A DNA stretch of 60,157 nucleotides, counting the filler, from Bilabrum cf. latius (Eukaryota), in the NCBI GenBank assembly GCA_965178125.1. It is 3 parts of 3 records of this genome, joined end to end, with 100 filler letters (N's around TTAATTAATTAA, not from the genome) between each part and the next. Parts side by side here need not be neighbours in the genome. Positions count along the whole stretch, not along the records: positions 40,417 to 60,157 come from CBCXTV010000049.1; 2 more parts are not named here. The stretch is one strand, 5' to 3'. Position 1 is the first letter of the stretch; each line of letters opens with the position of its first letter. The position numbers and the translations under genes were made by a program. Under the pieces are notes generated by a model. The model was not told the DNA's origin. It ran no database searches and worked only from the letters and a program-made list of their open reading frames with translations. This document shows, one piece after another, positions 52,287 to 60,157 of the stretch.

Positions 52287-55200
52287 ATGTCGAAGGATTG
52301 CGAGGAGCCCTCAGACGTGGAGTCCCAGTCGTCGCATTTGCAGTCGGCCGCTTCCGACAGTGACTCACAGGATCCCTTCGACCGGGCTTGGTGTGTCGCG
52401 GATTCTTCCACGGATGTGGAGGCCCTCTTCGGCTTTCACGATCCCAACTCCGACGCGGCTGTTCAGCCGCTCTTGAGTCCCAGCGTCGCGGTGGCCACAC
52501 CTCCGCCCATCAAGCGTGCCTTCGTCAGGGGGCCGGCCTCATCAGAGGAAAAGCAGGTGAAGCGCCCTTGTTCAGAAGTCGTTGTTCCCGCTGCGGGCGG
52601 CAGTTGGGCCGTGAGCACCAGCGAGAGCGAAAGTGATGGGAACGAAAGCGGCGCTGACCAGGCGAAGGGGGCATCCGCCTCGGCCCCGGCCATGGCCATG
52701 GCCACGCCCAAGAATAAGACGAGGCCGGCGCAGAGTCCGCACCCACCGCATCCAAATGCGGAGTCGACACCGCCGCCCTCGCTCTCGCGCGCTGTAGGGT
52801 CGGGCCGAGTTCCTCCGATGCCCGCAACGCTTGCCGGCTGCGCATGGTGGCAGCCGAAGGTGTGGGAAGCGACAGCACACTTGCGGGCCGACGTCCCCGA
52901 GCACGCGTCGCAGCCATACACCACGTGCCACCTCTGCCTTGGCTCTGGCACGGACTTGTTGGTTGCCGAGGCACGTGCCGCCGCGTCCCGGGCAGGGGTG
53001 TGTGGCGGCGCGGCGGGTTGACATGCAGATTTCTTCACAAGTGTGAGAACGACAGTAGGGACTGTCGAGTCGACAGTGCTCGGCCTTCAGGTGATGTATG
53101 CGGGGGGTTCTATTTTCGGCGCGCGGCGTGCGGCGCGCACGTCCTGTGCCGCCTGCCTTGGCCTTGGGCCCATGGTCCATGTGGCGCCGCGCAGGCCATG
53201 AACATTCCATCGGAGACGGTCGCGTGCGCGGAGAAGAAGCGACAGGCGCAGGCATACGTGATGCACTACTACAAGGACCGTTGTGGGCATCTGTTCACCG
53301 ACAATGAGCGGATCATCATGGGCTCAGGCCGTTGCTTAGTCCATGGCAAGGACTGCACACTTCGCAGTCGCGATGGGCGACGGATCATGCTGGCGACCGG
53401 AGGGCTCCCTTGCCAGCCGTTCACGGGCATGCGACACACTGGGGGCGTGACCCCCAAGACAGGCCCCGCCGAGGGGCACCCAGATAACAACGTGGTGTTC
53501 GGGCAGTGGCTGTGCTTCCTGCGTGAGCATCGGCCACACCAGTGGTACATCGAGGAGGTCCCAGAGTTCCGGAGGCACATGGGTGCTTGGGCGCAGTGTT
53601 GTGTGCGCGAGGGCTACTCGATCCGGGGTGTGATCATGAAGCACGACTCCTTTGTCCAGATGGCGAGAGACAGGTTCCTCTGGGGTTGTTTGTTGTTCGT
53701 CGTTGGTGTCAGTGCGTTTTGCATTGGGGCGCCGCGGGCTTCAGGAAAGACGATCTCGCGCAGAGTATTGCCATCTTGCTAAACGCGGTGGGTCATTGGA
53801 CCAGCCAGGATTGGCAGAAATATCAGGAAAACACCATGTGTGACTCGGCGGAGTCTCGTCGACAGCCATGGTCGGCGTGTCTGGGTGACATGTCTTTGGC
53901 ACTGCACACGCATTCGAGCTTGTCCAACATGCGATGTCTGCACTGCGGCCCCAGGCTCATCATCGCCGGTTTTGCGGCGAGCGCTGGCGGCCGGGAAGCC
54001 GCCGACTGGTGGGCTTCGACGATGAAGGACCGTGCTGCAATTTCCATGATATATCTCAGCGCGCACGCATGGGTTGTGGCATACAATGGTGTGTGTTTTC
54101 CCCGTCGGGGTCTGGGTTTCTCCTAATCCGAGGATGCCATGGCTCGCGCGCAGAAGAGCCAGCCGGCGACTGTGTTCGTGCCGCGGAACAGCATGGATTT
54201 CACAACGGGCGTGATCGACCCTTGCAGCCGGGACGAGATCGCGCGACGGTATTCGGGCAAGGCCGCGCGGGGCGCATCGGGGGGAGGGCAGCGGCGATGG
54301 ATTCGCATGACTTGCCGGCCGGAGTTCCAAGCATCGCAGCGGAAGCGGGGGGAAGGCAGCGGAGGAAAGCAGTCTGCGGCGGGGGGCGGGGGGACCAGCG
54401 CATGGCGCGGCGTATTTCCCTCATCTTTTCCAACCTAGTTGACGTTTTTGGGTATTTTTGTATATATATGTATTTGTTCGTACTTTGAACAAGCTAATTT
54501 TCCCTGATTTATGTGTTTTCAACCCGGCAACGGGGAAAAGCGCCCTCCAGACGGGCCCACCGCCGCCCCGCCGTGGCCGTTGGCGGGTTCGGATCCAGCA
54601 CGGGCAGATGGCGGGTTGGGAGAGGGAGGGGGGGGGACTGTGTGGTTGCGTTCAGGCGCCGCCCTTGCACTATTTTCTTAATGACTTGCCGGGTCTCGGA
54701 AGTGGTACATCTATGCTTGAACGCCACCAGCGTGTGCCCGAGTGGAGCGGCAGCATGGCAGCCAGTACAGCAGGTTTGAAGCAAATCTTGATGCAGAGCG
54801 AGGTCGGGTGTGTCAGAGGCGTGCCGGGCGATTGGCAGAGACACCTCTCAGAAAGGAGGGGCCGCAAGCAGCTTCTCGCACGGCGAATACGGCATCCGGC
54901 GAATTGCTTGCAATGGTTGGCGGACCATGTATGCGGCAGTCACCCGCGCACACTTGCGGTTCGCGTCGTGTTCGGTCTGCAGAGTACATCCACCGCCCCC
55001 ATGGCCCCCGCAGGCGTTCGGACAGGCCGACGAAGTTCAGCGCTCCAAGAGAGGTGAGTTTTGCAAGTGGCAGATGTACAGTTCGGAACTCCGCACGAAG
55101 CACCGGGTGCCGAGGTCCGCGCGACCATGGTCCAGCCGCGCGGGCGTTAAGCTGCACGGTGTGCCGCAAATCGCAAGAGTCCTCGATGTCATCGACACCA

Positions 55201-55551
55201 TATGGGTCTTACGCGTTGCTCAGTCCGACCCCAAGATGACAGTCGATGCTCTGAAGGAGATTTTTTGGGTGGACGTCTCCCAATCGGTCCATCGGGTTCC
55301 GCCCATGCGCGTAGGCCCACCCGTTTTGACACAGAAACTCTCTGCTGTACAGCTACGAAGAAGACGCATGCTTGAGTGGCAAAGCGCATCTCCAACTACT
55401 CGGCCACCCTTCCGATAGGATGTCGCCGGCGTTCACAGAGAACACGCTACGCCAGCTTGCAGGGGAGGCGTTCAGCGCCCCTTGCGCAGCGCTCGTTTGC
55501 CACGTGTTGTTCTGCAACCCATGGGGACCATGGTGGCGCTCGGACGTGTGA
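52287..55551 (+). CDS. Multi-exon DNA (cytosine-5)-methyltransferase with an acidic/disordered N-terminus
   Basis: HLCLGSGT (I), CAEKK (II), a CLVHGKDC insert, GGLPCQPFT (IV), YIEEV (VI variant), MARDR-LIIAG (VIII), LSGKAHLQLLGHP (IX), LAGEAFSAPC (X). TGA at 55551. Introns include 52971-53194 (GC-AG) and 54028-54132 (GA-AG). An A-run frameshift lies near 55335. Confidence 0.8.
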
Positions 55552-56855
55552 ATCGTCCCTCGTCCCTCGACGCGCAGAGAAGTGGATGCATGCCAGATCT
55601 CAGGAGGGCCCGCAAAGTCCCTGCAACAAGCCGCCAGGGCAGTGCACTTCCTTGCTATGCAGTTCGCGCCGTCGAGTGCCCCTTGGTACATGCGCGTCCG
55701 AAGCAGAGCCAATTTAGAAGCGAGGGTGTAGGGGACCCGCCGCTTGTGGGACGGCTCTTCGGCGCGTCTGGTGCCCAGGGTGATGACCCGAAGCTGCCAC
55801 AGGTCTCGCCGCACGTCGCAGGCGACCTCGTTTCGAAAAGTCCGCACTGCGCGGGCGGTCGTGCATGCTTGGTCGGGCGTGTTGCCATGTCTACCTCGTG
55901 GCTCCCAGCTCTAGTGCGGTTGCGGTTGGCTTGCGCGGAGTCTTGATCGGTTACAGCACGCACTTGACTTGCGGCACATGTACAATCCGGAGGGCACAAG
56001 TTGCGATCCAGCCCTTGCGGCCGTCAGTGGTCCCGTTGCCGCATTCGCCCGACGCTCCGTGATCAGACCACAGTGCGCCAGGTAGGAGTCGCTCGGCGAG
56101 TCGGTTTTGGCTTGGGCGCGGCCAGCGACCAATGGAACAAGTGTGGAGGATTGTTCCTTTTGAATGTATGGAGCGGTTGCAGCATCCGCGGCGTTTTATT
56201 GTCGTCGCTTTCGGTCTTCTGCTTGCATGTGCCAGCAGGCAAAGCTCGCCCTTGTGGCGAAGCTCCAAGCTCGCCGCCTTGGCGCAGCTCATTCGTTGTG
56301 AGTTCGCGGCTCATTCGTTGTCAGTTCGGTTCCGGCGCGCCCTTTGTGGCGAAGCCAGCTCGCCGCCTCGGCGCAGCTCATTCGTTGTGAATTCGCGGCG
56401 TTGCAAATCCCCCGACTTAGCGGACTTAGCTCCGTTCAAGCATCCACATGACAAGCCCCTTGGGAGCCAGGCCCAGCGCGCACATTGTCAGGCACACTTC
56501 TGCCCCCATGGGCCCTGAATTCAGCCAACCTAAGTGTGCATGCTTGCCCCAGAGCATTTGTAAGCAGACAGATTGGCGGCGGGGCGCCAGGGTGTAGCGT
56601 TCAAAGATACACGTCTTGGCTCATTTCCTAGTGCCCAGGTTTCGCAGACTTGCGAGTGCAGACGCATACCATGCATCCGATGGAAGAGCGGCCTTGACAC
56701 AGTAGTTGCTGGCCACAGCGGGGAGCTTCGGATCGGCTGTAGGTTTGCCTGATTCGTTTTTCGTTGTAGCACATCTGAGCTCAGCTCCTTTGCATCGGCC
56801 TTGCCTCGCACTCGTGCCCTCCCGCGGCCCCCAGCACCAGCTGCTTCCCAAGACG

Positions 56856-59800
56856 ATGGGCGGCAAATCGAAAGCCGGTGAGAAGGCGGGCGTGCCCCAC
56901 ACAGGTTCTCGGAAGCGGGAGCCCAAGTCGGAAGGCACCGTGGTGAAGAAGGACCTTGATCAGGACTTTTGTAGGGATGGGGTCGAAGGGTCTCGCGGCT
57001 TGGGGCCTTGGTCCTTGTGGCGTGCCCGAAATTCAAGCAAGGCACAGGAAGGTCTGCACAATACCAGACATGTGTGCTCTCGGGCTTGGCCGTGGTGGGC
57101 ACCTCGTATTTGTCTTCGGTCGCAAGGTAGGTGCGGCAGGCAGCCTTAGCCCACCCGCCGTCGCACGGGTGGCGCAGGAAGACACATAGAACATGTAGAG
57201 ATGGCTTTTGCAAGGACTTGGCGAGGGCCGTGGGCGACGACGAGGACGCCGCACCGCCGGGGGCCAAGTGGAATGTCTCCTCTGACGGTGAGGATTCGCC
57301 CGGGCAGGGCGACGCGGGCGAGCCCGACGAGGATGACTCCGACGAGGAGCCCAGAACTCCTGTCATCATGGCTCAGCCTCGCGGTCGCAAGCGCACAGCC
57401 GTCCTCACGTGTGTGGTCTGCGCCACTACGAGCAAGAGGGACGACTGGTTCGTCACCCAGGAGACCATGGACGGCGAAGGCCACGTGACCGTTGTCCCCG
57501 TCGGAGAATGGTGCCACACATGCGGTCATGCTCGCGAGTGCTTCCCGAAGGTCTCCGCGGCGACTTGCGCGCAGAGGTACCACAGCGAGGCGGCGTTCAA
57601 GGTGGAGTTCGACAGCGTTCGCCGAGACTTGAAAGATATCGTGCAGCCGAAGATCCCCCCGGCGACCGTGCAGGACGGACGCGTTGTGGCGTTGGAGATG
57701 TATATGAAGATGGACCGTGTCGAGTCCTCGACGTTGACGAAGAAGTTCGTGGCGCCCGAGAAGTTGAACTTGAAGACCATCACAGTGTATTCCCCGGAAG
57801 GCACAGAGGTCACCGGGTGTCTCTTCGCGCGCGGCAACCGTTCCGGACGACGTGCCGCATTGGACTGTGAAGCTCTCGTCCTCGCAGTACATGAATTGGG
57901 ACAAGTGTGTGGTGCAGCCCGTCGATCTGCACCGGATGGCGCAAGCGAAGGAGGCCTTCCAGACCAAGGTCGAACGCACCATGAGGGAAGCGCCAGCAGC
58001 CGCTGCGAATGAGCCAGTTCCCTCTCGCCCCGCCGTGGTCCAAGGCCGAGAAGGCGCACGAAGACATGCAGGCCGCCTTCACCATCGGCAAGCGGCGCGC
58101 GATGGGGCTCTAAACGTCGCGGCGAGTGTGCCGGACAAGGTCTGCCGAGTGATGGGCGGCGGTCGTCACAACAGCGACTCCGAGGGGGACGCTCCGAAGG
58201 ACGGCCCCGCTTCCAAGAGGCGGAGGACCGGGGCCACCCAGGCAGGCGCCGCGCCCCAGGGGCATAGAAGCTCCGCCCCGAAGAGGGGTTCGAGGCGTGG
58301 TGTTGCGGTTTTGGCGGCAGCCCGCGTGCAGTCCGCGTCTGCTGGCGCCGACGATGACGACGGCTCGGTTATCGCGTTGGACGCCGATGACTTGTGCGAC
58401 GACGACGAGGAAGCGAAGAACAAGTTCTACGCGGACATCTTGAGCGGCGTGAAGTTGGGCAGGACTCTCCGCCCAATGAGGTTGTCTGGGGCTGTGGGGT
58501 CTGGGGTCTGGGGTGTCCGGTCCTCGACCCGTGCATTGGCCTTGGGCTTGGCCCGACGTGGCTTGGCCCACTTTTTTCTTGAGGCTTGGGGCTTCGCTTC
58601 GCGTCGGCTTCTTGCACCGCTCAGCTAGCCAAACTCCTAATGCTTCGGAGCCCGCGGGCTAGGGTCCTTGGCCCAGGTCAGTCGGTCAGTCGGGCGGATG
58701 TTGACAGCATGACCCCATTGTTGCCCAGTAGTCTTGAACCAAGCTCCGCCCGCCCCCCCCCCCCCCCCCCCCAAACAAAAAAAACAAAACATATCTAGGG
58801 AAAGGGTCGCCGGCGCCGGGAGGAGCGGCAAGAAGAAGATTGCGGCGGAGCAGGCGGATAACGAGGTTGAGCAGGAGGCGTTGCACGTCCAGGTGTCATC
58901 GGCCTGCCAGGCCCTGCAGCTGGAGAAGCTCCAGAAGCCCTTCGACTACGTCGAGTTGACCCACGGCGTCAACTTGATCTTGAATGCGGGAGTAGCATTT
59001 CCGACTCAGCATCGGCAATGGCTTACACGTAAGGTCGCAGAGCACATGTGTGTGGTTGGCTTGACCGAGGAGAGCATGCCGAAGTACTTGGACATCGTGT
59101 GGCCCTTCAAGGTCGGGGACCTCCGTGTGAGACGTGAGCAGGAGTGACTCTTCGCCGCCCCCCCTTCCTTGGCCCTCGGGCCTCCTATCCTCCGGACCGC
59201 GGGCGAGGGGCGCCATCGAAGTCGCGGACCAGGGCCTCTTGACGTTTGATGCTTGTGCAATCTGCTCGCGGGCTGGAATTCGGCCCACCCCCCCGTCAGA
59301 GGCATGTGCCAATTGAGAGCGCGGGTGACACCTGAGTTTTTAGTCAGTGTGTTCGTGCGGTCGCTCGAAATCCAGTGGTCGTGTCCGTCGTCCACCCACT
59401 GGCACCAGCCCATCAGTTGGGCTTCGTCATTAACTTGATTGAACAGTCTCGGTGACATTGCTCGCGCACACGAAAGATTCTGCCAATTTTCTCTTCGCAC
59501 GACGTGGCATGTGTCCCACATGCGTGCAAGTAGCCGCGGTGGCAGACTTGGCCCCCTCCGTCTGGAATGATGGGGGAGACCCTTGAGTAGCGATTCTTGT
59601 GTGATGGCTAACTTCGCCCAAGCAACCTTGCCGCAGCGACCGGCTTACGCAAAGTAACAAGAGCACAATGGGCGAAGATTTGTCACTTGTGTACAGGGTC
59701 GGTGGACCTTTAAGAGCACGGCCTTCACCGGACATGTACATTCACCCTCGCGCGCGCACGAACACACACACACACACACACGAAAGGATGACATGGACTT

Positions 59801-60157
59801 CGTCGACAGCGACGACGAGAAGGACGGCGCAGAGGAGCAGGAGCTCCAAGTACCTTGGGGCCCGCTCGCAGATCCTTCTTGGACCCTTGGCATCTTGGTG
59901 TCGAGTTGTGCGGCCGAGGGAGCGGATCTGTTTATTCGGAGATGCGGCCTGGTTTAGCAGGGCACATCTTTCAAATGAACCCCACAGACCCCGAGGGAAC
60001 ACATCGTCATGGTCTGTTGGAAAGGTTTGCGGGTGTAGAGAAAAATGGTCTTCTCGAGGCCGGACTTGACTTGACCTTGTCCCCCCTTTCCCCTCTGGAA
60101 TTACAGCGCTGGTCCTGGGCTGGGGCGTACACACAGGAGTGGTCATTCTCGGAGGCG
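56856..60157 (+). CDS. Multi-exon hypothetical protein with a CxxC...CxxC zinc-binding motif; probably continues beyond the window
   Basis: Starts MGGKSKAG. Intron 56964-57214 (GA-AG). Motif CVVC...PVGEWCHTC. Further exons lie near 58800-59110 and 59790-59860. Confidence 0.6.

Overview
This is GC-rich eukaryotic DNA, most likely dinoflagellate, judging by GC-AG and GA-AG introns, RCC1 repeats, DNMT-carrying retroelements and a possible relic spliced leader. The window is three unrelated ~20-kb pieces joined by artificial N44-TTAATTAATTAA-N44 linkers (20311-20410, 40317-40416). Piece 1 (1-20310) holds a degenerate intronless ORF, a foldback MITE with a 6-bp TSD, an RCC1-repeat exon and a large Ty1/copia element (ORF0, gag, PR-IN-RT-RH). 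Its pol ends in a cytosine-methyltransferase domain and is followed by a J-domain-like ORF. Nine copies of a covarying hairpin are spread through the element. Piece 2 (20411-40316) is a same-strand cluster of intron-containing genes: a hAT-like DDE transposase with a BRCT-like tail, a large protein ending in an N6/N4-MTase-like fold, and a Dcm-like C5 DNMT. It also has a 23-copy palindrome array and a 13-copy dispersed motif. Piece 3 (40417-60157) holds a decayed DIRS-like RNaseH-YR-DNMT remnant and a second same-strand cluster: a CxxH-type DDE transposase, a C5 DNMT and a Zn-binding protein. The best candidate for an undescribed system is large multi-gene DDE-transposase islands that carry DNA methyltransferases. 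Many frameshifts fall in homopolymer runs and may be long-read errors. All protein calls are from motif recognition by eye; no database search was run.
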